DNA from: Pseudomonadota bacterium
GTDB taxonomy: Bacteria > Pseudomonadota > Gammaproteobacteria > Steroidobacterales > Steroidobacteraceae
DNA: 64,000 nucleotides
Assembly: GCA_018241525.1 (NCBI GenBank)
Contig: JAFEDR010000013.1
Coordinates: forward strand, 9,170-73,169
Direction of reading: 5' to 3'
Both the position numbers and the translations under genes were made by a program. Under the pieces are notes generated by a model. The model saw only the letters and a list, made by a program, of their open reading frames with translations, searched no databases and was not told the origin of the DNA. This document shows positions 8,774 to 17,845 of this stretch, in pieces. Position 1 is the first letter of the stretch, and every line of letters begins with the position of its first letter.

Positions 8774-9880
8774 TCAGCCGCCGCCCGCGGCAACCCGGTC
8801 GCGTCCGGCGGCCTTCGCCGCGTACAGCGCCGCGTCGGCATCCGCGATCAGCGCCTCCGCGAGCGCCTTCAGGTCCTCGCTGCCGCGCCGGCCGAGCCGC
8901 GCGGCCGCGCCGATCGAGAGCGTCACCGGGTGCTTGCGGCCGTGGCCGACGTCGATCGGCGCCGCCATCACCGAGCGGATGCGCTCGGCGAGCCGCACCG
9001 CGTCCGGCAGCGAGGTGTCGGGCAGCAGCAGCGTGAACTCGTCGCCGCCGAAGCGCGCCGCGGTGTCGCTGGCGCGGATCTGGCTCTCGATGCGCGCCGA
9101 GATCTCGCGCAGCGCCTCGTCGCCGCCGATGTGCCCGAAGGTGTCGTTCAGCGTCTTGAAGTGGTCGATGTCGATCATCAGGCACGCGACCGAGGTGCCG
9201 CTGCGCTGCGCGCGCGCCAGCTCCTCGCGCAGCCGCGCGGTCAGGTAACGGCGGTTGTGCCAGCCGGTCAGGTAGTCCGAGAGCCCGCTGCGCAGCACGC
9301 GCGCGCGGTTGCAGGCGTTCTCGAGGCAGATCGCGACCACCGACGCGAGGTGCGCCAGGAAGTCGGCGCCGAGGCGATGCGAGAAGCGCTCCGGGTCGGC
9401 GCTGCCGAAGCACAGCACGGCCGCGGTGCGCTCCTGGCGCCTGAGCGGCAGCAGCGCCAGCGAGCGCAGCGCCCGCGCGCGCGGGAACAGGAGTTCGTGG
9501 TCGGCGCGCACGTAGCTGCCGAGCCAGGGCCGGCGCAGCGTCGCGAGCAGCGGCGCGAGGCCGACCAGCGTGTCGACGAAGGTGACCCCGGGCCGCTCCT
9601 CCGGCCGGTCGCCGAGGCCGAGCATCAGGTGCTGGACCTCGTGCTGCGGGTCCTCGATCACGAGCTGCACCGCGTCGAGCCCGTAGGAGTCGGCGAGCCC
9701 GACCGTGATGCGCTCGAGCAGCTCCGGCAGCGTGTCGGCGCGCAGCAGGTCGAGCTCGCGCTCGAGCGTGCGCTGCCACTTTTGCTCGTTGGCGGCCGCC
9801 TCCTCCTTCAGGCGCTTCAGCAGGAGGCGTAGCTCCTCCGCCTCGGCGCGCGCGGGATCGGCGCGGCCGCCGTCGCTCAC
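8774..9880 (-). CDS. Diguanylate cyclase (GGDEF) with N-terminal coiled-coil and GAF/DUF484-like sensor region
   Basis: 368-aa ORF from GTG 9880. It has RFGGDEF with an RASD I-site five residues upstream, plus [12 protein letters not shown]. The start overlaps the tyrA stop (GTGA at 9877-9880). Confidence 0.88.
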   Translation of the reverse strand: MSDGGRADPARAEAEELRLLLKRLKEEAAANEQKWQRTLERELDLLRADTLPELLERITVGLADSYGLDAVQLVIEDPQHEVQHLMLGLGDRPEERPGVTFVDTLVGLAPLLATLRRPWLGSYVRADHELLFPRARALRSLALLPLRRQERTAAVLCFGSADPERFSHRLGADFLAHLASVVAICLENACNRARVLRSGLSDYLTGWHNRRYLTARLREELARAQRSGTSVACLMIDIDHFKTLNDTFGHIGGDEALREISARIESQIRASDTAARFGGDEFTLLLPDTSLPDAVRLAERIRSVMAAPIDVGHGRKHPVTLSIGAAARLGRRGSEDLKALAEALIADADAALYAAKAAGRDRVAAGGG

Positions 9881-10998
9881 ACCGGCTCCCGCCCCGGCTG
9901 CGGGCGCGTGTGCAGGTAGCCGCGGCCGCGCTCCATCATCTGCCGGAAGCCGGCCGCGTCGTGCGAGCGCACCGTCGCGCGCAGCCGCTCGACCGCGAAC
10001 AGCAGCGCGGTCAGCGACTCGGTGCCGTACTCGTTCAGCGCCTGGATCTCGAAGTAGAGCGCGGGCGAGTCCTCGGAGACGCGGCTCGCGACCTCGAGCT
10101 GCGCGTCGAAGGTGGTCGAGGACATGCGCGCGAGGCGCGGCGCCGCCTCGCCGCTCTCGGCGAGCGCGGTGAAGAAGGCGATGTTGAGCGCATGCGACAG
10201 GCCGAGCACGTAGGCGATCAGGCGGTCGTGCTCGTCGAGCCCGGTCACGACCCGCTCGGCCATGGTCGGCGCGAAGATCTCCTGCACCTGCGCGAGCGCA
10301 GCGGCATCGCCGAGGTCGATGTAGATCACGTGCCGGCCCGACAGCAGGTCGGTATCGGGGCCGAACATCGGGTGGATCGAGGCGGTGCGCACGCCGGCGG
10401 CGCGCAGCGCCGCGAGGCCCTCGCGCAGCGGCGTCTTGACCGAGGCGAGGTCGAAGACGAGGCCGCGGGGCCGGCGCGCGGCGAGGCCCTTCAGCACCTC
10501 GGCGGTGATGCCGAGCGGCGAGGCGACCACGATGACGTCGTGGTCGAGCGGCGAGTCCTCCCAGCGCGCCCGGTGCGGATAGCCCTCGACCGGGCCGGCC
10601 GGGTCGGCGACCTCGACGTCGTAGCCCTGCGAGGCCAGGAAGTCGACGAACCAGTGGCCCATCTTGCCGCGGCCGCCGATCACCAGCGCGCGCTTGCCGC
10701 TGCCGTGGCCCTCGGCGACCACCCGCGAGCGCTCCTGGGTCGCGAGCGAGGAACGGATCAGCAGCCGCAGGATCTGCTCGGCGATCGCCGCCGGCACGCC
10801 GAGCGCGGTCGCGTGGTTGCGCGCGCCGAGGATCACCTCGCGCTCGCGGCGGTAGTCGCGGGTCGGCATCCCGGTCGCGCGCTTGGCGCGCGCCACTTCC
10901 TGGGACAGGCGCTGCCGCTCGGCGACGAGCTCGATCAGCTCGCGGTCGATCTCGGTCAGGCGCGTACGCAGTTCGTCTAGGCTCAGCGGCTCCGGCAC
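9877..10998 (-). CDS. tyrA: Bifunctional chorismate mutase / prephenate dehydrogenase
   Basis: 373-aa ORF. The N-terminal CM type II helices are [34 protein letters not shown] dinucleotide-binding [11 protein letters not shown] motif and a prephenate dehydrogenase domain follow. Confidence 0.88.
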   Translation of the reverse strand: MPEPLSLDELRTRLTEIDRELIELVAERQRLSQEVARAKRATGMPTRDYRREREVILGARNHATALGVPAAIAEQILRLLIRSSLATQERSRVVAEGHGSGKRALVIGGRGKMGHWFVDFLASQGYDVEVADPAGPVEGYPHRARWEDSPLDHDVIVVASPLGITAEVLKGLAARRPRGLVFDLASVKTPLREGLAALRAAGVRTASIHPMFGPDTDLLSGRHVIYIDLGDAAALAQVQEIFAPTMAERVVTGLDEHDRLIAYVLGLSHALNIAFFTALAESGEAAPRLARMSSTTFDAQLEVASRVSEDSPALYFEIQALNEYGTESLTALLFAVERLRATVRSHDAAGFRQMMERGRGYLHTRPQPGREPV

Positions 10999-11051
10999 GT
11001 CAGCTCCCCGTCGCCCCGGACGGAGCCGGGGGCGACGGGGATTCTGTCACG

Positions 11052-11393
11052 TCAGAACGGCACCCGGATGGCGACCGTCAGGCCGTCCGGGCCGTAGACG
11101 ACAGGCGCCGGCGGGTAGAAGGCCACCGGCGGCAGCGGCGCCCAGCCGACTGGCACGGGGGGCGCCACATAGCCGTAGCGCGGCCAGTACGCGCGGCGCC
11201 AGCCGCGCTCGCGCCACTCATGTTCGCGCCAGTCGTGGTCGTGCCAGCCGTGCTCGCGGCCGTAGCCGGCGCGCTCGCCCTCGTGGCCGCGCCAGCCGTG
11301 GTCGTGCGCCTCGGCGCCGGCCGCGCCGAAGCAGCCGATCGCGACCGCGGCCGCGACCAGGGTGGACCGGTAGAGCGTCGAGCGGTTCAGCAT
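11052..11393 (-). CDS. Small secreted His/Trp/Arg-rich protein with PXPV-type C-terminal tail
   Basis: 113-aa ORF with signal peptide MLNRSTLYRSTLVAAAVAIGCFGAAGAEA. The mature part begins HDHGWRGHEGERAGYGREHGWHDHDWREHEWRERGWRRAYW and ends in a proline/valine tail, PPVPVGWAPLPPVAFYPPAPVVY. Confidence 0.6.
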   Translation of the reverse strand: MLNRSTLYRSTLVAAAVAIGCFGAAGAEAHDHGWRGHEGERAGYGREHGWHDHDWREHEWRERGWRRAYWPRYGYVAPPVPVGWAPLPPVAFYPPAPVVYGPDGLTVAIRVPF

Positions 11394-11497
11394 GGCGATC
11401 CTCCTCCGGCTGATGACGGCCCCATCCTTGGGCCCGGGCGCTGAACCCCGGCTGAACCCGGATGTCCGGGCCGGCGGCGAGCCATTAACATGCGTTC

Positions 11498-12199
11498 ATG
11501 AACCCGCCGAACGCTCCGTGGCTGCCGGATCCCCTGCCCGCCGACCCGCTGCAGCTTGCCGAGACCTGGCTGCAGCAGGCCTTCGACGAGCAGGTGCAGC
11601 CGAACCCGAACGCCATGGCGCTCGCAACCGTCGCGCCCGGCGGTACGCCCTCGGTGCGCATGGTGCTCTGCAAGGACATCGTGCTGCCCGAGGGCTACCT
11701 GCTGTTCTTCACGAACTACGAGTCGCGCAAGGGTGCCGAGCTCGCCGCGCACCCGCGCTGCGCCGCGGTGCTGCACTGGGACGCGCTGGAGCGCTCGGTG
11801 CGGGTCGAGGGCTTCGTGACCCGCTCGCCGCCGCGCGAGAGCGACGACTACTTCGCGAGCCGGCCGTGGCAGAGCCGTCTCGGCGCCTGGGCGAGCCAGC
11901 AGAGCCGCCCGGTCGGCACCCGTCAGCAGCTGGTCGAGCAGCTGCGTGCTGCCGCGCGCCGCTTCGGCACGCCGCCGGTCGGCCCCGATGCGGACGCCGA
12001 CGACTCGCCGGCCGGCGTCGAGGTGCCGCGGCCGGCGCACTGGGGCGGCTATCGGCTGTGGGTCGAGGCGGTCGAGCTGTGGGTCGGCGGCGAGTACCGC
12101 ATCCACGATCGCGCCCGCTGGACCCGCTCGCTGACCGCGATCGGCGACGGCCATGCCTTCGCCGCGACGCCATGGCACGTGCAGCGCCTGCAGCCGTGA
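11498..12199 (+). CDS. pdxH: Pyridoxamine/pyridoxine 5'-phosphate oxidase
   Basis: 233-aa ORF with TVAPGGTPSVRMVLCK, FFTNYESRKG and RLGAWASQQS, a GGYRLW motif and the terminal ...RLQP typical of PdxH. Confidence 0.92.
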   Translation: MNPPNAPWLPDPLPADPLQLAETWLQQAFDEQVQPNPNAMALATVAPGGTPSVRMVLCKDIVLPEGYLLFFTNYESRKGAELAAHPRCAAVLHWDALERSVRVEGFVTRSPPRESDDYFASRPWQSRLGAWASQQSRPVGTRQQLVEQLRAAARRFGTPPVGPDADADDSPAGVEVPRPAHWGGYRLWVEAVELWVGGEYRIHDRARWTRSLTAIGDGHAFAATPWHVQRLQP

Positions 12200-12975
12200 A
12201 CGGCACGCGGCGCGAGCTCTTGGCCGCCGCCGGCCTCGAGGTAGCGGTGCCCGGTCGCGCGCTCGTCAGCGGACTCACCCTCGCGGTCGGCGCCGGGGAG
12301 CTGCTGTGCGTGCTCGGCGCCAACGGCGCCGGCAAGTCGCTGACCCTGCACACGCTCGCGGGCCTGCGCCCCCCCGCGGCCGGCGCCGTGCGCCTCGCCG
12401 GCCGCGCGCTCGGCGGCTGGCCGCGGCGCGAGCGCGCGCGCCGGCTCGGGCTGCTGACGCAGGTCAGCGAGGACCCGTTCCCGGGCACGGTGCTCGACGC
12501 GGTGCTGGTCGGCCGGCACCCGCACATCGGCCTGTGGGACTGGGAGAGCGAGACCGACGTCGCGGTGGCGCGCGCCGCGCTCGCGGCCTGCGACCTCGCC
12601 GGGCTCGAGGAGCGCGCGATCGACACGCTGTCGGGGGGCGAGCGGCGCCGCGTCGCGCTCGCCGCGGTGCTGGCCCAGGACCCGGACGTGCTGCTGCTCG
12701 ACGAGCCGCAGAACCACCTCGACCCGCATCACCAGCACGACGTGCTGAAGCTGCTGCGCGCACGCGCCGACGGCGGCCGCGCGGTGGTGATGACGCTGCA
12801 CGACCCGTCGCTCGCGGCCCGCTACGCCGACCAGGTGCTGCTGCTGGCGGGCGACGGCCGCTGGACCTACGGCGACACGGCGAGCGCGCTCAGCGCCGCG
12901 GCGCTGACCGCGATCTACCGCGTGCCGGTCGAGGAAGTGCTGGTCGCCGGCCGGCGGCTGTTCCTCAGCGACTGA
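12172..12975 (+). CDS. ABC transporter ATP-binding protein, BtuD/FecE-like
   Basis: C-terminal part of ORF 11392..12975. It carries Walker A GANGAGKS, the signature LSGGERRR and Walker B LLLLDEP. The start is either ATG 12172 or GTG 12196 (GTGA overlap with the pdxH stop). The upstream part of the ORF is an out-of-frame shadow of pdxH. Confidence 0.85.
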   Translation: MARAAPAAVNGTRRELLAAAGLEVAVPGRALVSGLTLAVGAGELLCVLGANGAGKSLTLHTLAGLRPPAAGAVRLAGRALGGWPRRERARRLGLLTQVSEDPFPGTVLDAVLVGRHPHIGLWDWESETDVAVARAALAACDLAGLEERAIDTLSGGERRRVALAAVLAQDPDVLLLDEPQNHLDPHHQHDVLKLLRARADGGRAVVMTLHDPSLAARYADQVLLLAGDGRWTYGDTASALSAAALTAIYRVPVEEVLVAGRRLFLSD

Positions 12976-14761
12976 CCTCGCCGCGGCGGTCGCCCACGCC
13001 GTCGGCCTGGCCGTCGCGCCGGTCGTCGGCGCCGAACAGCGACTCGAGCTGCGCCGCCGACTCGCGCGCCGCCGCCACCACCTTCGCCTCGTCCTCCTTG
13101 ACCGCGTGCTGGCGCAGCAGCGTCTGCTCGTCGTGCACGCGGAAGGTACGGACGCTGTCGCGTGCCTCGGCGGCCGACAGGCCGAGCGCGGTGAGCGCGT
13201 CGCGCGCGATCTCGAGGCTGGAGGCGAAGGTCTCGCGGTAGACGGCGGTGATGCCGGCGTCGAGCAGCCGGAAGGCGTGCTGGCGGTTGCGCGCCCGCGC
13301 CAGGATGCGCAGCTTCGGGAAGTGGCGCCGCGCCATCTCGACGGTGCGGATCGATGCCTCGACGTCGTCGATCGCGACCACCAGCACCTCGGCCTCGGCC
13401 GCGCCGGCCGCGTGCAGCAGCTCGAGCCGCGAGGCGTCGCCGTAGTAGAGCTTGTTGCCGAAGCGGCGCACGAAGTCGACCTGCGCCTGGCTGATCTCGA
13501 GTGCCGTGAAGCGGATGCGCCGGGCGCGCAGCACGCGGCCGACGACGCCGCCCATGCGCCCGAAGCCGGCGATGATGACGCGCGGCTCGTCGGCCTCCGG
13601 CCGCTCGAACGGCGCAGGCTCGGCCGGCGGTGCGAGCCGCGCCTCGAGCCGCGCGTGCGCGCCCATCAGCAGCGGCGTCGCGATCATCGACAGCGTCACG
13701 ACGATCACGACGAGGTCGCCGGTCGCGGCATCGAGGAATCCGCCGCGCGCGAGCTGCGCGACCAGCACGAAGGCGAACTCGCCGCCGCCCATCACGTCGC
13801 TCGCGAAGCGCCGCGCCGGTGCGCCGCCGAGCCCCGCGAGCCGCGCTGCCAGCCAGCCGGCACCGGCCTTCAGCGCCAGCAGCGCCACGAGCCCGCCGAG
13901 CACCGCGCCCGGGCGGTGCACCAGCGTCGCGAGCTGCGCCGACATGCCGGTCGCGACGAAGAAGAGCCCCAGCAGCAGCCCCTTGAACGGCTCGATGTCG
14001 GCCTCGAGCTCGTGGCGGTACTCGGAGTCGGCGAGCAGCACGCCGGCGATGAAGGCACCGAAGCCCATCGACAGCCCGGTGGCGTGAAAGAGCAGCGCCG
14101 TGCCGACCACCACCAGCAGCGCCGCCGCCGTGAACGCCTCGCGCACGCCGGTCTCGGCGACGATCCGCAGCAGCGGCCGCAGCGCGCGCCGACCGAGCGC
14201 CAGGATCACGGCGAGCGCCACGAGCCCGCGCCACGAGCCGGCGTGGCCGCGCTCGCCGTCGAGCAGCGGCAGCAGCGCCAGCACCGCCATCGCGGCGATG
14301 TCCTGGAAGAGCAGCGTGCCGAACGCGGCGCGCGCGTGCTGGGTCTTGAGCTCGCCGCGCTCGGCGAGTACCTGCAGCACGAGTGCCGTCGAGGACAGCG
14401 ACAGCGCAAAGCCGAGCAGCGCCGCCGGCAGCGGCGCGAGCCCGGTGAGCATCGCCGCCGCGCCGAGCGCGAGCGCAGACAACAGCACCTGCCAGCTGCC
14501 GGCGACGAACACCGCGCGGCGCATCGCGACGAGCCGCGAGGGCTGCAGCTCGAGGCCGATCACGAACAGCAGCAGCACGACGCCGAACTCGGCGAAGTCG
14601 AGCATGCCGCCGACGTCGCTGATCAGCCCGAGCCCGGAGGGCCCGACCGCCATGCCGGCGCCGAGGTAGGCGAGCACGGCGCCGAGGTGGAAGCGCCGGA
14701 ACAGCGGCACCGCGACCACGGCCGCGGCCAGGAACACGGCGATCTCGGTGGCGAACTCCAC
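12965..14761 (-). CDS. kefB: Glutathione-regulated K+ efflux / monovalent cation:proton antiporter (CPA2, KefB/KefC-like) with RCK domain
   Basis: ORF 12965..15460 trimmed to GTG 14761 (VEFATEIAVFLAAAVVAVPLFRRFHLGAVLAYLGAGMAVGP...). It is multi-TM with a C-terminal TrkA-N/RCK motif, VIIAGFGRMGGVVGRVL. The upstream 233 codons are a shadow over the IMPase gene. Confidence 0.88.
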   Translation of the reverse strand: MEFATEIAVFLAAAVVAVPLFRRFHLGAVLAYLGAGMAVGPSGLGLISDVGGMLDFAEFGVVLLLFVIGLELQPSRLVAMRRAVFVAGSWQVLLSALALGAAAMLTGLAPLPAALLGFALSLSSTALVLQVLAERGELKTQHARAAFGTLLFQDIAAMAVLALLPLLDGERGHAGSWRGLVALAVILALGRRALRPLLRIVAETGVREAFTAAALLVVVGTALLFHATGLSMGFGAFIAGVLLADSEYRHELEADIEPFKGLLLGLFFVATGMSAQLATLVHRPGAVLGGLVALLALKAGAGWLAARLAGLGGAPARRFASDVMGGGEFAFVLVAQLARGGFLDAATGDLVVIVVTLSMIATPLLMGAHARLEARLAPPAEPAPFERPEADEPRVIIAGFGRMGGVVGRVLRARRIRFTALEISQAQVDFVRRFGNKLYYGDASRLELLHAAGAAEAEVLVVAIDDVEASIRTVEMARRHFPKLRILARARNRQHAFRLLDAGITAVYRETFASSLEIARDALTALGLSAAEARDSVRTFRVHDEQTLLRQHAVKEDEAKVVAAARESAAQLESLFGADDRRDGQADGVGDRRGEVSR

Positions 14762-14766
14762 GCCGC

Positions 14767-15528
14767 TCAGCCGAGCGCGGCGCGCAGCTGCGGGTGGAGC
14801 GCCGGGTTCGCCGCGAGCACGGTCGTCGTCTCGAGCCCGACCGGTGCGCCGTCGAGGGCGGTGAAGCGCCCGCCGGCCTCCTCGACGATGGTCACCAGCG
14901 CGGCGATGTCGAGGATGTTGACGTCCGACTCGAGCACCGCGTCGATCTTGCCGGCGGCGAGCAGGTGGTAGTGCAGGAAGTCGCCGTAGCCGCGGATGCG
15001 TCCGAGCCGCGCGACCACCGCGCCGTAGCGCCCCCAGCCCGGGCCCGCGGCCAGCGACTTGAGGTTGCCGGCCGAGAGCGCGGCTTCCTCGAGCGTCGCG
15101 ACCTCGCTGACGCGCAGCCGCCGGCCGTTCAGGAATGCGCCCACGCCGCGCTCGGCCCAGGCGAGCTCGCCGTAGAGCGGCGCGTAGGAGACGCCGAGCA
15201 CGAGGCGGCCGCCGCGCCACAGCGCGATCTGCGTCGAGAACATCGGGTACTCGCGCACGAACGCCTTGGTGCCGTCGATCGGATCGACCAGCCAGAGCGC
15301 CTCGCCGCTCCCCGAGCGGCCGGTCTCCTCGCCGTAGAACGCGTGGCCCGGGCAGCGGGCCGCGAGCACCTCGCGGATCGCCTCCTCGGCACGGACGTCG
15401 GCCTCGGTGACCGGCGTACGGTCGGCCTTGACCCGCACCGCGAGCTGGCGCGCGTAGCACTCGCGGATCACCCGCGCCGCCGCCTCGGCGGCCTCGAGCG
15501 CGGCAGCCAGCTCCGGACTCTCGTTCAT
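14767..15528 (-). CDS. Inositol monophosphatase family protein (SuhB/HisN-like)
   Basis: C-terminal 253 codons of ORF 14767..17853, from ATG 15528 (MNESPELAAALEAAEAAARVI...). Motifs are TPVTEADV, EETG, WLVDPIDGTKAF and DIAAL. The rest of that ORF is antisense to btuB. Confidence 0.85.
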   Translation of the reverse strand: MNESPELAAALEAAEAAARVIRECYARQLAVRVKADRTPVTEADVRAEEAIREVLAARCPGHAFYGEETGRSGSGEALWLVDPIDGTKAFVREYPMFSTQIALWRGGRLVLGVSYAPLYGELAWAERGVGAFLNGRRLRVSEVATLEEAALSAGNLKSLAAGPGWGRYGAVVARLGRIRGYGDFLHYHLLAAGKIDAVLESDVNILDIAALVTIVEEAGGRFTALDGAPVGLETTTVLAANPALHPQLRAALG

Positions 15529-15581
15529 GGCCCTGTTATGCGAAGCGGGCCTCGCCCTGTCAAATGCTTGACACGCGCCGG

Positions 15582-15850
15582 GGTGCTCTTCAGGATGCCG
15601 CGCGTCAGGTGATCCTGGACACGCCCCGCGTGGCCGGGATGAAACGGGAAGCCGGTGATGTCGTTCGCGCCTCCGGGCGCGGCGACGAGTCCGGCACTGC
15701 CCCCGCAACGGTAGTCGAGTCGAGGAATCGTCGGTCGCGCGTCCCGCGACAGCCACTGCCCGCACCGGGTCCACCGGTGAGGGCGGGAAGGCGATGGTTC
15801 CGGTCCACGTCCGCGTGGCACCGCTCGAGAGTCCGGAGACCGGCCTGGCA
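15582..15850 (+). promoter_or_regulatory. Cobalamin (AdoCbl) riboswitch in the btuB leader
   Basis: The conserved core can be read directly. It comprises AAACGGGAAGCCGGTGA (15643-15658), CACTGCCCCCGCAACGGTAG (15695-15714), GCCACTG (15752-15758) and GGGAAGGC (15785-15792). The B12 box AGTCCGGAGACCGGCC lies at 15829-15846. Boundaries are approximate. Confidence 0.85.
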
Positions 15851-15969
15851 CGTGTTCCGCAGCGCGGTGGGCGCCGGCGAGCTCTGGGCCGCCCGGCCCC
15901 GCGCTCCCTCCCCCTCCCGTGTGCGGTGTTGGCCGTCATCCCGTGCGGGCGAGCACGGGAGGAGACATC

Positions 15970-17823
15970 ATGCGCAAGTCCCCGTCCGCGTTCCTGTTCC
16001 TCGCGTCCTCCGTCCTCGCGCTGCCGGTCCTGGCGGCCGGCGCCGCCGAGCCTGCCAGCAGCGACCCGCTCGAGCCCGTGATCGTCACGGCGAGCCGCGA
16101 GCCCGAGCCGGCTTCGGCGGCGCTCGCCTCGACCATCGTGATCGACCGCGCCACCATCGAGCGCTCGCCGGGCGCCGACCTCGGCGACCTGATGCGCTTC
16201 AACGCCGGCATCGACGTCGTGCGCAGCGGCGGTCCCGGCCAGCAGACCTCGCTGTTCGTGCGCGGCACGAACTCGAACCACACGCTGGTGCTGATCGACG
16301 GCGTGCGCCTCAACCCCGGCACGCTGGGCGTCGCCTCGCTGCAGAACATCCCGCCCGACTTCGTCGACCACATCGAGATCGTCAAGGGCCCGCGTTCGGC
16401 GCTGTACGGCACCGACGCGATCGGCGGCGTCGTCAACATCATCACCCGCCAGCCGACGGCCAGCGGCTTCGACGTCGAGGCCGGCAGCGGCCGCTACGCC
16501 ACGCGCCAGGCCTCGGCCGGCGCGCAGGCCGTCGGCGAGCAGGGCTCGCTGAGCGCGGCGGCGAGCTGGCAGCAATCGGACGGCTACCCGACCCAGGTCG
16601 GCGACGACGCCGACCGCGGCTTCCGCGACGTCTCGCTCGCGGTCGCGGCGCGCACGCGCATCGACGGGCTCGAGCTCGGCGCGCGCGTGTTCGGCGCGCG
16701 CGGCAACACCCAGTACTCGGACCTGTTCAACTCGGTGATCGGCCGCGACCAGGACTTCCGCAACTCCGCGGTCGCAGTCGACGCCGGCGGCCAGCTCGCC
16801 GAGCGGCTGCGCTCGCGCGTGGTGCTCGCGCAGATGACCGACGACCTGCGCCAGAACCAGATCGCCGACTTCGAGAGCTCGCGCGACTACGAGACCACGC
16901 GGCGGCTGACGCTCGATTGGCAGAACGACGCCGACCTCGGCGCCCAGCAGCTGACCTTCGGCGCGATCCTGATGCGCGAGAACACGCGCTCGAGCGTGTT
17001 CGACACCGCCTACGACGTCGACACGCACGCCGAGACCGGCTACGTCGAGGATCGGGCGACGCTCGGGCCGCACCACCTGATGGGTGCCGTCGGCTACACG
17101 CACCACGAGACCTTCGGCGGCCACACCACCTGGAACGCGGAGTACGGCTACGCGCTCGCGCCCGGCGCGCTCGTGACCGCGGCGGTCGGCACCGCGTTCC
17201 GCGCGCCGGACAGCACCGACCGCTACGGCTTCGCCGGCAACCCGGCGCTCAAGCCCGAGAGCTCGCGCAACTTCGAGCTCGGCTACCGGCAGCGGCTCGA
17301 CGCGCACCAGGTGCTGTCGCTCGCCGCGTTCGACAACCGCGTCACCGACCTGATCCAGTACGTCTCGATGCCGACCACCCAGGACCCGTTCGCCGGCTCC
17401 AACGAGAACGTCGCCGAGGCTCGCATCCGCGGCCTCGAGGCGGCCTGGGAGTACGCCGACGCCGACTGGCGCACGCGGCTCGCCGCCAGCCGCCAGGATC
17501 CCGAGAACCGCACCACCGGCACGACGCTGCTGCGACGCGCCAAGGCGAGCGCCTCGCTGTCGGTCGCGCGCCTGCTCGGCCGCCAGCAGCTCGGCTTCGA
17601 TGCGCTCGTCAGCGGACCGCGCACCGACGTCGACGCGTTCGGGGGCCCGGCGCACGACGGCGGCTACACGCTGGTGAACCTGTTCTGGCAGGCGCGGCTC
17701 GGCGGCGGCCTGACGCTGTCGGCACGGCTCGAGAACGCCGGCGACAAGCGCTACGAGGTCGCGAACGGCTACTTCACGACGCGGCGCGGGCTGTACGGCG
17801 CTTTGCGGTACGATTTCCGCTGA
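15970..17823 (+). CDS. btuB: TonB-dependent vitamin B12 / cobalamin outer-membrane receptor
   Basis: ORF 15919..17823 trimmed to ATG 15970, with SD GGGAGGAGA just upstream. It has signal peptide MRKSPSAFLFLASSVLALPVLAA, TonB box DPLEPVIVTA, a plug plus barrel of typical length, and a terminal ...GLYGALRYDFR. A cobalamin riboswitch lies upstream. Confidence 0.88.
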   Translation: MRKSPSAFLFLASSVLALPVLAAGAAEPASSDPLEPVIVTASREPEPASAALASTIVIDRATIERSPGADLGDLMRFNAGIDVVRSGGPGQQTSLFVRGTNSNHTLVLIDGVRLNPGTLGVASLQNIPPDFVDHIEIVKGPRSALYGTDAIGGVVNIITRQPTASGFDVEAGSGRYATRQASAGAQAVGEQGSLSAAASWQQSDGYPTQVGDDADRGFRDVSLAVAARTRIDGLELGARVFGARGNTQYSDLFNSVIGRDQDFRNSAVAVDAGGQLAERLRSRVVLAQMTDDLRQNQIADFESSRDYETTRRLTLDWQNDADLGAQQLTFGAILMRENTRSSVFDTAYDVDTHAETGYVEDRATLGPHHLMGAVGYTHHETFGGHTTWNAEYGYALAPGALVTAAVGTAFRAPDSTDRYGFAGNPALKPESSRNFELGYRQRLDAHQVLSLAAFDNRVTDLIQYVSMPTTQDPFAGSNENVAEARIRGLEAAWEYADADWRTRLAASRQDPENRTTGTTLLRRAKASASLSVARLLGRQQLGFDALVSGPRTDVDAFGGPAHDGGYTLVNLFWQARLGGGLTLSARLENAGDKRYEVANGYFTTRRGLYGALRYDFR

Positions 17824-17845
17824 ACGTCGCGGCGGAGCGAGGCGG

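Noticed and set aside
12965-15460. 831-aa ORF read as a single fusion protein
   Set aside because: The first 233 codons are Arg/Gly-rich and overlap the inositol-monophosphatase gene in another frame. A canonical KefB/C N-terminus begins at GTG 14761, so I split it into two genes.
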